Positions 16,772 to 24,892 of a stretch of 64,000 nucleotides of DNA are shown one piece after another (the stretch's first letter is position 1; every line of letters begins with the position of its first letter). The translations under genes and the position numbers were made by a program. Source of the DNA: a virus. Lineage: Duplodnaviria; Caudoviricetes. Under the pieces are notes generated by a model. That model was given only the letters and a program-made list of their open reading frames with translations. It was not told where the DNA came from and did no database searches. The DNA lies in the IMG/VR virus record IMGVR_UViG_3300014204_000183, positions 4,155-68,154 of that record; one strand, 5' to 3'.

Positions 16772-17022
16772 TATCCTTGGTCGTAGGCTTTTATTGCCGA
16801 AATGGCAAGCGCCGCCACTTTAATCATATTTTCTCTAAAGTCGCAACCCTCTCGGTCATTCCGAGCAACTTTATCGGAGGCCCGTCCGGCATAGGCAGCA
16901 ATGTAGGCTACCCAATCATTTTGAGTGTTGGTTTTATCAAACTCCACCGTGCCGCCGCCATGTTTTAAATCAACTTGACGGAGTCGTTCTGCAATGATCT
17001 CATTCAAAATTGGTGTAATCAT
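16762..17022 (-). CDS. hypothetical helical protein (MazG-like fold possible)
   Basis: EIIAERLRQ...NMIKVAALAISAI. Confidence 0.55.
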   Translation of the reverse strand: MITPILNEIIAERLRQVDLKHGGGTVEFDKTNTQNDWVAYIAAYAGRASDKVARNDREGCDFRENMIKVAALAISAIKAYDQGYCQ

Positions 17023-17029
17023 CCGGTCC

Positions 17030-17839
17030 TCAATAGTTTAGGATTAAAAGTTCGGTTACTCGCTGCTTTGTGCTATTTGTAGTCCCACAATTAGTGTGAT
17101 CTCTCTCGATAATGCGAAAGTCTTTATATAAATCTCTAATCAGTGGATGCTTATCGTAGCTTAAACAAACTCTATGCTTACAATTTTTTACCCGCTCTGC
17201 TAGTAGCACGTGATCGTCGATGGTAAAGTTATGCTGGTATAGTTGCGATGATGGTGTTAGATTCGTATTGACAACATACGGCGGATCTATATAGATCCAA
17301 ACCTTGTTTCCAGGAGCCACCAACAAGTGATTGTAATCTCGGCATGTGATCTTAACTCGTTTTAAACACCCTGCGGCATCTTCCAATTTTGTTGTCTTAA
17401 TGATATTCCAGCCATCTGGATGACTGTAGTAAAGTCGTGACGGAATATTATAATTTACTCGACCCGCAAAGACCGTACGATTAAGAAAAAAGTATCTTAA
17501 AGCTGGGTCCATCTCTTCATTGTGTTTGAATCGATCAAAAATACGCCCAAGTCGAGCATTGTATCTACCACTAAGTAGCTCGCCAGAGCAGGCAGGTTTT
17601 ATTTGCTTACACGATTCAATAAACCCGTCATTGCGCTTTAGCGCCCTATACACGGCGATTAAGTCGGGGTGAATATCATTTATCCACCTAGTAAGTTGAG
17701 TGTCCACTGAAAAGAATACCCCACCCCCGCCGACAAATGGTTCGCGGTACTCAAGTGTATCAGCCGGCATCTGAGCAAGTATCCAATTACGAATACCGGC
17801 TTTTGACTTTCCGCCAGGGTAGCGAAAGATATTAGGCAT
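17030..17839 (-). CDS. dam: DNA adenine methyltransferase (Dam/D12 class)
   Basis: FRYPGGKS, EPFVGGGGV, YIDPPY. Confidence 0.9.
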   Translation of the reverse strand: MPNIFRYPGGKSKAGIRNWILAQMPADTLEYREPFVGGGGVFFSVDTQLTRWINDIHPDLIAVYRALKRNDGFIESCKQIKPACSGELLSGRYNARLGRIFDRFKHNEEMDPALRYFFLNRTVFAGRVNYNIPSRLYYSHPDGWNIIKTTKLEDAAGCLKRVKITCRDYNHLLVAPGNKVWIYIDPPYVVNTNLTPSSQLYQHNFTIDDHVLLAERVKNCKHRVCLSYDKHPLIRDLYKDFRIIERDHTNCGTTNSTKQRVTELLILNY

Positions 17840-17845
17840 AGCCTG

Positions 17846-18013
17846 TCAGTCAATATCCCAAGGGTCTAGCTTCTTATCAACAGCGTCTTCAGGCTTACGT
17901 TTAGCTTGGCGCCTATTACGTCGATGTACCAAAGTTTTATACCACTTCTTTAAGGCCGGAGCGTCCAACCATCGCATTGTTCGCTGCCAGCCGGTCGTGT
18001 AGGATTTGCTCAA
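17846..18013 (-). CDS. basic hypothetical protein, 55 aa (not in ORF track)
   Basis: AAGGAG-N6-TTG; ...HRRNRRQAKRKPED... Confidence 0.55.
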   Translation of the reverse strand: MSKSYTTGWQRTMRWLDAPALKKWYKTLVHRRNRRQAKRKPEDAVDKKLDPWDID

Positions 18014-18023
18014 GGTATGCTCC

Positions 18024-18560
18024 TTAATCTGCTACTAAAATACAACCATACCAGACACCGTTTGAATCCATGGCCATGTCTGCGCCGAAGAACTGATGTT
18101 TCTTACTAGCAACAGACCAGTGCCCGGGGGATGCTTCCCAGCACTTAAAACATTCATGCCCAAGTTCAAATTTAGTGGCGGACTTCTGTTCTTTCCAAGA
18201 CTCGGCACAAATCTCCGCATAGGATGTATTGGTTATAGTCTTCCGCAACTCGGCTACACGGGAATCAAAAAGCTGGTGGCCCTGTTGTTTGTGTGTTGCC
18301 TGATAGTTAGCGTGCCGGGTGGCCATGGCCATTAATGCCGGATGAATTGCCGACTCACAGACGTGAGCCCCTGGATACACTTTGCCGGCTTCGATTAGAC
18401 CTACTTGCGTTGGGCTCCAACCCGTGGCAACTGTGCCTATTAAATCGTAATTCGGCACTATTATAGGTGTGCAGTATGGGCACTTGGCTTCAATAAACTT
18501 TAATGCTCGATAAGTCCTACCACATTTTGGGCACTTAGTATCCCGATAAAATAATCCCAT
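18024..18560 (-). CDS. CAP/SCP-domain protein with N-terminal Zn-ribbon
   Basis: H..AEICAESW..WEASPGHW..GADMAMDSNGVWYGCIL. Confidence 0.75.
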   Translation of the reverse strand: MGLFYRDTKCPKCGRTYRALKFIEAKCPYCTPIIVPNYDLIGTVATGWSPTQVGLIEAGKVYPGAHVCESAIHPALMAMATRHANYQATHKQQGHQLFDSRVAELRKTITNTSYAEICAESWKEQKSATKFELGHECFKCWEASPGHWSVASKKHQFFGADMAMDSNGVWYGCILVAD

Positions 18561-18570
18561 TATATTCTTC

Positions 18571-18810
18571 CTAGTGCTTAAAAATTATCCGTCCAATAAT
18601 CTTGTTATCAACATACACTACTTCGACTATGCGCCCAATGTTTCGGATCGGCCACCGTAAGGCACGTTTAACTACTTCTACCAACCGCTCAGTTTTAGCC
18701 CCTAGATTCCCACTTCGGATGTCTGCAATAACTTGTGCCCGCAGAGGCGGGGCTTGATAAATGCCGCGAAATACGTCATTCTTAATTGTATTAACCATTA
18801 CTTCATACAT
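18571..18810 (-). CDS. hypothetical protein
   Basis: 79-aa ORF. Confidence 0.55.
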   Translation of the reverse strand: MYEVMVNTIKNDVFRGIYQAPPLRAQVIADIRSGNLGAKTERLVEVVKRALRWPIRNIGRIVEVVYVDNKIIGRIIFKH

Positions 18811-18991
18811 CTTTTGTTCCTTTTAAATACTTGTTAAGTGCCCCAGTGGCTAGCAGCGTTGCCAGTGCTTTACCAGTCATAAACGAGCAATAGGTCAAAC
18901 CACAGATATATCCCACCGCTACAATCGGCAGTATAAAACAAACCACACACAAAGCAACACTCTTTCTAAGAATAAATCGAAATACTTTCAT
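18803..18991 (-). CDS. small membrane protein
   Basis: Start MKVFRF; hydrophobic segment. Confidence 0.55.
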   Translation of the reverse strand: MKVFRFILRKSVALCVVCFILPIVAVGYICGLTYCSFMTGKALATLLATGALNKYLKGTKDV

Positions 18992-18992
18992 G

Positions 18993-19319
18993 TTACACCT
19001 TGTTAATTTCCTCGTCTGACCAACAGAACTTACATAGTAATTCACCATCGTGGCCATAGACAAGCAACGCCAAAAAGAAGACCGGCCCACCACTCCATGG
19101 GTCAGCTTGTAAACAATCATCTGCCCATCCACCGTCCTTTAAATGGTGCCGAACTAATTGGTACTCAGTGCCAAACATGCCTGTATAAGTACCAATTACT
19201 TCCGTTTTAAACGGGCGCATATAGTTACAATGTGGGCATAGTGTAGGCTCCTTTACATTTTCATTCAAAAACAAAACTGCATCATCAGGGAGCCCGGCAA
19301 ATTGATCTTGTCTACTCAT
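18993..19319 (-). CDS. hypothetical protein
   Basis: 108-aa ORF with CPHC. Confidence 0.6.
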   Translation of the reverse strand: MSRQDQFAGLPDDAVLFLNENVKEPTLCPHCNYMRPFKTEVIGTYTGMFGTEYQLVRHHLKDGGWADDCLQADPWSGGPVFFLALLVYGHDGELLCKFCWSDEEINKV

Positions 19320-19333
19320 TTAATTAACCTCAT

Positions 19334-20020
19334 TTAATTAACCCCATTAAAATACAACTCCCGTGTCGAGAACCGTCGAAATCGCTGCAACCATTGCCGA
19401 ATCACTGCATCGTCCAAGTGAGTCGAGGCGCTCCAGCCAATCGGCAGGCTTATTAGCTCTTCGATAAACTCTGCCGTTGGAAGTCCACCTAGTTGCTCGG
19501 CAAGGCGTTGACAAACGACACTCAAGTTGTTCGTGACCGTCGTTTGTGGTGCCGGGGGCTGCCACTTCGGCACAGACAAAGATTCTAGTCCGTCTATAGT
19601 CAGCCCCCATATCACCCGCCCGCACTTTGAAAATGCTCGGGCTGTAGCCAAGAATTTCAAGCCCGTTGGCGAGATAATCCGCACTTGTGATTGCTTCTTT
19701 CTTAGCCGAATGTGAGAACTGCCAGAGGATATAGCTCGGCTCCACTGTTTGCACAAGTTGAATGAGTTTGTCTGTAAAATTTGTAGTGGGCTCCTTTGAA
19801 GTGGCTGTGGCTTCTGTGATTCCAGCGATGCAATCCACGCATCGACGCCAAGGTCTCCCGTCGAAGGTGTAGAAGTTGTCCCAGATAGGAGCCGCTTGTA
19901 GGGACTCCTCTCTGAATCGGTAATCAAGTATTTTAATGCTTCGGGGATTAGCTTCCACATAACATACCGGGGTCCAAAAATGAAGTTTTTGTAATGGGAG
20001 ATCGAAACTGCCGATGCCAC
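19334..20020 (-). CDS. overlapping alternative-frame polypeptide carrying C5-MTase motif IX-like segment (beta-type subunit)
   Basis: 228 open codons inside the MTase gene; GGLPTAEFIEELISLPIGWS...RQWLQ; true start uncertain. Confidence 0.55.
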   Translation of the reverse strand: MASAVSISHYKNFIFGPRYVMWKLIPEALKYLITDSERSPYKRLLSGTTSTPSTGDLGVDAWIASLESQKPQPLQRSPLQILQTNSFNLCKQWSRAISSGSSHIRLRKKQSQVRIISPTGLKFLATARAFSKCGRVIWGLTIDGLESLSVPKWQPPAPQTTVTNNLSVVCQRLAEQLGGLPTAEFIEELISLPIGWSASTHLDDAVIRQWLQRFRRFSTRELYFNGVN

Positions 20021-20048
20021 TATTAATTGATAAATATCTATACATCAA
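19347..20048 (-). CDS. DNA cytosine-C5 methyltransferase homologue, catalytic PC and ENV motifs absent
   Basis: SINSGIGSFD motif I, YVEAN, GADYRRTRIF, RLDSLG motif X; GITEA replaces GFPCQ. Confidence 0.75.
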   Translation of the reverse strand: MMYRYLSINSGIGSFDLPLQKLHFWTPVCYVEANPRSIKILDYRFREESLQAAPIWDNFYTFDGRPWRRCVDCIAGITEATATSKEPTTNFTDKLIQLVQTVEPSYILWQFSHSAKKEAITSADYLANGLEILGYSPSIFKVRAGDMGADYRRTRIFVCAEVAAPGTTNDGHEQLECRLSTPCRATRWTSNGRVYRRANKPADWLERLDSLGRCSDSAMVAAISTVLDTGVVF

Positions 20049-20209
20049 ACAAACTCGACCCCTTCTTGGGGTGGATTCGATTTGTAAAGTAGCTTCTGGT
20101 TGGTGATTTTCTGCAACCGTTTGTTTAATTTTTTCAACTTACGATCATTTCTATCTCGGTGATCGTTCTTGCAGTGATAGTCGGTGTCGTGTCTGAATGT
20201 TCGTCCCAT
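20045..20209 (-). CDS. basic hypothetical protein, 54 aa (not in ORF track)
   Basis: MGRTFRHDTD...GVEFV*. Confidence 0.5.
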   Translation of the reverse strand: MGRTFRHDTDYHCKNDHRDRNDRKLKKLNKRLQKITNQKLLYKSNPPQEGVEFV

Positions 20210-20551
20210 TTAAGAACTCTTAACTGCAACTTTCGTGCCATAGATGCGTTTGCGGCGTTCTTCAGTGGCATCATAGTGCATTACATAATCGAGAATCATT
20301 GTTAAAAGAGACCCCTTAATCCAGTTATACTGTCCAGGGGGTCCGCCACAGAATTGTATTGGTCCAATTGTGGCCGCGGGGATATCTTGTGGTATCTCGA
20401 AACAATATTTAAACGGTGTTGTGACCTTAGAGCCAGCGACACCATCTATAATAATCTGGTCTGCAAGAGCACCCATTTCCGATAGGATGTCAACAGCCTC
20501 GCTCGCTGTCAGATTCGCAAACTCGCGTTGGTATTCTTCTAATGATTTCAC
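20210..20551 (-). CDS. FxGGPP-family protein
   Basis: IQFCGGPPGQYNWIKGSLLTMILDYV. Confidence 0.8.
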   Translation of the reverse strand: MKSLEEYQREFANLTASEAVDILSEMGALADQIIIDGVAGSKVTTPFKYCFEIPQDIPAATIGPIQFCGGPPGQYNWIKGSLLTMILDYVMHYDATEERRKRIYGTKVAVKSS

Positions 20552-21195
20552 GGGTACGCCTTTAACGCCTTATGAACCTTGGGCAGATCATTTTTTACAT
20601 ACGCATAGAGAAAGTGATCGATTAACATTGTCAACAATGTTCCATCCCACCACTTAGGGGCTGGCGGGCCACCATAGAATTGAACCGGCACGTCACCGGC
20701 CAAATCATTAAAAAGACTCGTATCATCATACAGATCAACAAGTTGGAGGCGTTGACCACCGAATCCTATGTATGCCTTGTCAGCCCCGAAGGTCCAACAT
20801 AGTAATTCCAGTGCATCGAGTGTCGATATTTGACCAAATCGTTTGCGAAGCATACTAAAGTTAATTTGTTTCATATCCCCCTCTACCAAGTCTGTGTATG
20901 CACCTAGAATTGCCCAGTCATAGAGTATCACGTCACATAGGTATGTTAAAAGTGATCCCGTGTGCAGTCCTCGGTTATCAGGTGGACCGCCTATAAATTC
21001 AATAGGCCCCACTGCCGACGCTGCCACCCCTTCCATATAACTGGCACCTAAGAAAGTTTGTACTTCTCGCCTACTTTGAGTGTTTACAAAACAGATGCAA
21101 CTATGTCCAAGTCCAAATTCCTGGCAAAGTAGTTCAACTGCCTCGCTGGCACTTACCTCTTCAAGTTCGTTAAGGACATGCGTGTAAATCGCCAT
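20548..21195 (-). CDS. FxGGPP-family protein, two tandem domains (leaderless)
   Basis: FIGGPP..GSLLTYLCD and FYGGPP..GTLLTMLID. Confidence 0.8.
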   Translation of the reverse strand: MAIYTHVLNELEEVSASEAVELLCQEFGLGHSCICFVNTQSRREVQTFLGASYMEGVAASAVGPIEFIGGPPDNRGLHTGSLLTYLCDVILYDWAILGAYTDLVEGDMKQINFSMLRKRFGQISTLDALELLCWTFGADKAYIGFGGQRLQLVDLYDDTSLFNDLAGDVPVQFYGGPPAPKWWDGTLLTMLIDHFLYAYVKNDLPKVHKALKAYP

Positions 21196-21229
21196 ATCTT
21201 AAATATACCACGTTTTCCCTAATTGTCAA
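21196..21229 (-). promoter_or_regulatory. sigma70-type promoter, leaderless
   Basis: TTGACA-N16-TATATT-N6-ATG(21195); upstream stop TGA in -35. Confidence 0.9.
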
Positions 21230-21570
21230 CCGATCCAACCCATTGACAACCCATCTGGTAGTTGTTGTGGTAGTAGAAATTTATTTACTACGTCTAAATT
21301 GCCGTTATAATGGGCTGTAAGAATTCTATCGATTAGCATGGTTAATAGGGTTCCAGTGAATGTTGTGTATTTCATAGGTGGCCCACCATAAAATCGGCAC
21401 GGCACTGACTTTGCCTTGGCTAATCCGAAAGACGTGCTATGTAATTCCCATACTGCAAAAGGCGAGCTACCTTTATACGATGGGATATGTATTAGATCCT
21501 TGTGTGCATTTAATGCCTTCATACTTTGTACAAATTGTATCACCGTATGGTCAGCCAGCGCCGAGTACAA
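21226..21570 (-). CDS. FxGGPP-family protein
   Basis: CRFYGGPPMKYTTFTGTLLTMLIDRI. Confidence 0.8.
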   Translation of the reverse strand: MYSALADHTVIQFVQSMKALNAHKDLIHIPSYKGSSPFAVWELHSTSFGLAKAKSVPCRFYGGPPMKYTTFTGTLLTMLIDRILTAHYNGNLDVVNKFLLPQQLPDGLSMGWIG

Positions 21571-21575
21571 GATGT

Positions 21576-21947
21576 CTAGAATGGTGGTGCAGCTAGTTGT
21601 CGTTGTTGGTTCAATAATTGACGCACCTTTTCAAAGCCTTCCATCTGAATTTTAGCAGAAACACAGTCAACAATAAAGCTATACACGGTGCCATCATACC
21701 ATTTACCGCGTCCCACAGGGCCCCCATAGAAGCGAATACGCACACGATTAGCCGGTCTCCCAGTGGCTGTGCCCGCGTAAATCTGTCGGATATTTGTAAC
21801 GGCAATTGAATAGGCCTCGCCGCCTATCAAAAAGACATCCGTATCTTGATGCCCAAGTGCATAGGCAATTAGGTAAGCACAGTCGAGGTCAACAGGTGCA
21901 AAATGCCCCAGCAACGACTCGGCCTGTCTTAGATGATTCTTTTTCAT
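21576..21947 (-). CDS. FxGGP-family protein
   Basis: IRFYGGPVGRGKWYDGTVYSFIVDCV. Confidence 0.8.
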   Translation of the reverse strand: MKKNHLRQAESLLGHFAPVDLDCAYLIAYALGHQDTDVFLIGGEAYSIAVTNIRQIYAGTATGRPANRVRIRFYGGPVGRGKWYDGTVYSFIVDCVSAKIQMEGFEKVRQLLNQQRQLAAPPF

Positions 21948-22300
21948 ACGTTAAGACTCATAAACCGTCCAAGTACCGCTATATTTCCGAAGGACACGGC
22001 CTGCATAATTCGATCAACAAGCATAGTAAGAAGGCTGCCCTCATACCATTTTCGGTACCCAGGAGGTCCGCCCCAAAAGGTTATTGGTGCAAGGTCACTA
22101 GCTCTCAACATCTGAGCCCCTGGCAAGCTATTAATCAGTGCGACTGGGGTAGTGCAGAGCCCGTTCACCTCGATCTCTGTCAGACCTTCATCAAAGCTAT
22201 AGTTGAGGTAGTTCACAACCCGTGTTGCTGATAATTCTTTGAGTTTTTCTTTCAATTGATTACAAAGAATCTCGTCATTTGCCACCATTTTTATCACCAT
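21944..22300 (-). CDS. FxGGPP-family protein
   Basis: ITFWGGPPGYRKWYEGSLLTMLVDRI; start 22300 or 22288. Confidence 0.8.
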   Translation of the reverse strand: MVIKMVANDEILCNQLKEKLKELSATRVVNYLNYSFDEGLTEIEVNGLCTTPVALINSLPGAQMLRASDLAPITFWGGPPGYRKWYEGSLLTMLVDRIMQAVSFGNIAVLGRFMSLNV

Positions 22301-22641
22301 TGAAACCGCCTCTGGGACTTCTGGGGCGTCACAGCCATCAATTGATAAAGATCGCTCAGTGTATGGGAGCACAAGTACTCGTAGATTCTGTCCAGTACTA
22401 ATGTTACTAGGTTCCCTTCGTAGTATGCTAATCTGGTCGGTGGCCCTCCCCAAAACATGAAGTGAGGGGTCTCGACTGCTAGCAACCATTGCACATCTGT
22501 GTTCACCCAGTCTTTGACTCTTAATATCTGTTGATTTAAGTAGATTGTCGTGTCCGACTGGCCCAGAACCGCTAATAAGCTGTAGGCTGCTGGAGCACTC
22601 AATGTGTTTAGCAGCGCCAAAAGATCGTCTGGTATTCTCAT
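22294..22641 (-). CDS. FxGGPP-family protein
   Basis: FMFWGGPPTRLAYYEGNLVTLVLDRI. Confidence 0.8.
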   Translation of the reverse strand: MRIPDDLLALLNTLSAPAAYSLLAVLGQSDTTIYLNQQILRVKDWVNTDVQWLLAVETPHFMFWGGPPTRLAYYEGNLVTLVLDRIYEYLCSHTLSDLYQLMAVTPQKSQRRFQW

Positions 22642-22677
22642 ACATTATAAGTATACACTATTAAATACTACTGTCAA
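22642..22677 (-). promoter_or_regulatory. sigma70-type promoter, near-leaderless
   Basis: TTGACA-N16-TATACT-N8-ATG(22641). Confidence 0.85.
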
Positions 22678-23050
22678 GTCCTTGTAGTTCTTCAATCATT
22701 GTTACCCGTAATGAGTTCTGCTCGGGAGTAATTGGCCTCCACTCAGCAGAGGGGTCGTTTCGTAGTTTAAATAGATTACAGGATAGCCACCGATTACAGA
22801 ATGCGGCCAGATCGGTTGGCTGTACAGCTAATCCATCTGGCACCCATCGTTCAAGATTGACTAGCTCGCAGTGTCGTAAGAAACGTAGCTTATCCTCAGC
22901 AATCCACTTGCGATATTTCTCCTGGTCAGAGTTCTTTAGCACATCAGAAATAAGATCAACTAGGCGATGGGCTATTTCGCTTCTAGCTGGCTCTGCTACT
23001 AGGTCACGTAGCCCTTTGATGAAATCAACTAAGAGATTTAGGTTAAGCAT
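22661..23050 (-). CDS. hypothetical protein
   Basis: 129-aa ORF. Confidence 0.6.
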   Translation of the reverse strand: MLNLNLLVDFIKGLRDLVAEPARSEIAHRLVDLISDVLKNSDQEKYRKWIAEDKLRFLRHCELVNLERWVPDGLAVQPTDLAAFCNRWLSCNLFKLRNDPSAEWRPITPEQNSLRVTMIEELQGLDSSI

Positions 23051-23934
23051 GCGACATCTCCTGGGTATTTAATATGGGCCGACGGCTCTTGTGTCCAATT
23101 ATACTTCCTATAAATATTAGGATATTCGACATTGTTGCCGACGATTGTTAATAGAAATTGAATATCAGGCATGGTCCATTTTGATCGTGTAGGCAAGCCG
23201 CGGTCTCTACAAAATTCACGCCACCGACCATTGGATAGTGGCCCATTATGCAGTATTTTCATAGCCAACCGCCGCTCTTCTCGGAGCAAGAGATATTGCT
23301 GATGAGACTCTTGGATGATTGGTGAATACACCCAATCGGGCTTTGGAAAGACACCTGGGGTATAGAGTTCTCGTAGTACTTGTAACGAGGAGTCTGAGAT
23401 TCCACGATTCTTGCATTCAATAGCTACTGCAATTCCATAGCGAACTAACGACTGGATGTGCCCTCTCCACATCTCGACCGGTCTCGGTCGATAATTAGGA
23501 CTTGATTCAAAATACTTCAGCGTTCGCAAGATCCGGTTACGAGTGTGTTTTAAATCACAGTCTGTAAAACATTGTGCGCAAGCGCGGTAAGAACTGAATG
23601 GCATCCATACTAAATATTTAGGCTTTTGTCGCCGTGTAGGCGCGGGGTTCCAGTCAACCTCGGTGTACTCAATGGCGGCTGTGGGATTTGTCCAAACATT
23701 AGCTGCGATGCCATACGCCTGTCGCATATGCTGGCCAAACCGTTCATATTCGGCAGCACTTGCTTCCGCCTGTAATAACTGGGTCATTCGACTGTCAAGA
23801 GTAACGTAGTCTAGTTCATTTATATCTTCAAAAGTAATCTCCTTCCCAGTGCCACAGTCTATTAGTCGAACACCAACGCCACCAATGGCCCACTCACAGC
23901 GATATTGACGGATATCAAAATGTTCGTAAGCCAA
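23038..23934 (-). CDS. pyrimidine-dimer glycosylase/endonuclease V-like domain (MSMEG_6728 type) with N-terminal extension
   Basis: PVEMWRGHIQSLVRYGIAV..ECKNRG..PDWV..ESHQQYLL. Confidence 0.65.
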   Translation of the reverse strand: MAYEHFDIRQYRCEWAIGGVGVRLIDCGTGKEITFEDINELDYVTLDSRMTQLLQAEASAAEYERFGQHMRQAYGIAANVWTNPTAAIEYTEVDWNPAPTRRQKPKYLVWMPFSSYRACAQCFTDCDLKHTRNRILRTLKYFESSPNYRPRPVEMWRGHIQSLVRYGIAVAIECKNRGISDSSLQVLRELYTPGVFPKPDWVYSPIIQESHQQYLLLREERRLAMKILHNGPLSNGRWREFCRDRGLPTRSKWTMPDIQFLLTIVGNNVEYPNIYRKYNWTQEPSAHIKYPGDVACLT

Positions 23935-24015
23935 GCCAGGAGCCGTTAGCTGTCGAACAAAAACTGACTGATCCTGGGGACTCTATACTGTCGGATTTCA
24001 CTAGGCCGATACTGT

Positions 24016-24312
24016 CTAGGCATTGAGTTTTACCTTACTTAACAATGGATATTTACTGTCACGTGGATAGGAGCGCATAGCATTGTGCTCAGAGCCATGG
24101 CGCTCGCGCCAGACAATAGTGAAGTTGGCTCGATCTTTACTCCGTAGTACCTCGATTGTAACGACACCATCTTCATCAATGTCTTCAGTCTCGACAAATA
24201 CTTCGCCGTCTAGCATCTCTAGAACAGTGAATAGTTTTGTCATACCAAGCAATCTGGTGCTTAATTTTTTGACATTCTCTGGATGCCCAGCCATATAATC
24301 TTGTAGTCGCAT
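24016..24312 (-). CDS. hypothetical protein
   Basis: 98-aa ORF. Confidence 0.6.
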   Translation of the reverse strand: MRLQDYMAGHPENVKKLSTRLLGMTKLFTVLEMLDGEVFVETEDIDEDGVVTIEVLRSKDRANFTIVWRERHGSEHNAMRSYPRDSKYPLLSKVKLNA

Positions 24313-24839
24313 TAAATTAAATCCCTAGTTCGGATTGGCACAGCACAATTTGCAAAGTGTTGTCTACTTGCTGCCTGATAATAAGGATTCAAACGCACGC
24401 TCTCTGGCATAGTTACCTCCTGGCAGTTAGGTGACGTGACTGGCAGGTCACTTTCCGGGCAGCCAACAACCTTAGCACCATGTTGGCAGAGAAGATCGCT
24501 TGCCCATCGCTCATTAACTGTATGCGTTTTACCACAGGCGCACTGGCCGTGTAATACAGTGCAGTCTGTGTGCTGACGTGGTTTCAACCAGTACCGCGGG
24601 ATGGCAATGATACCGGAGTCATCGGGGGCAAGCGTCAGAGTCTCTATCGTGGCATCATGGGCAGCGAGGAGATCATTAACCCATTCGTCCTGTTCTTGAT
24701 GAACACCTCCACAGGCGCAGGGCCCGACAAGCATATCACATTTAGTGCGGAAGCGAGCGGTTCCATCAATGGTCCGCTTTGCGAATTCTTTTGGATACTT
24801 TACAAAGCCACTGGATTGCCGTCGTTTTAGCGTCTTCAT
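24312..24839 (-). CDS. protein with duplicated C-x6-CACG-x2-H domain (leaderless)
   Basis: CDMLVGPCACGGVH..W..DLL and CTVLHGQCACGKTH..W..DLL. Confidence 0.7.
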   Translation of the reverse strand: MKTLKRRQSSGFVKYPKEFAKRTIDGTARFRTKCDMLVGPCACGGVHQEQDEWVNDLLAAHDATIETLTLAPDDSGIIAIPRYWLKPRQHTDCTVLHGQCACGKTHTVNERWASDLLCQHGAKVVGCPESDLPVTSPNCQEVTMPESVRLNPYYQAASRQHFANCAVPIRTRDLI

Positions 24840-24873
24840 ACTATAACTATAGCATGCTTTCGCTCGATGTCAA
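24840..24873 (-). promoter_or_regulatory. sigma70-type promoter, leaderless
   Basis: TTGACA-N16-TATAGT-N6-ATG(24839). Confidence 0.9.
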
Positions 24874-24892
24874 GTGGAATTATTAGGTGGGA

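Noticed and set aside
22301-22645. N-terminal half of ORF 21944-22645
   Set aside because: Overlaps the family member 22294-22641 in another frame; homology begins near 22300.
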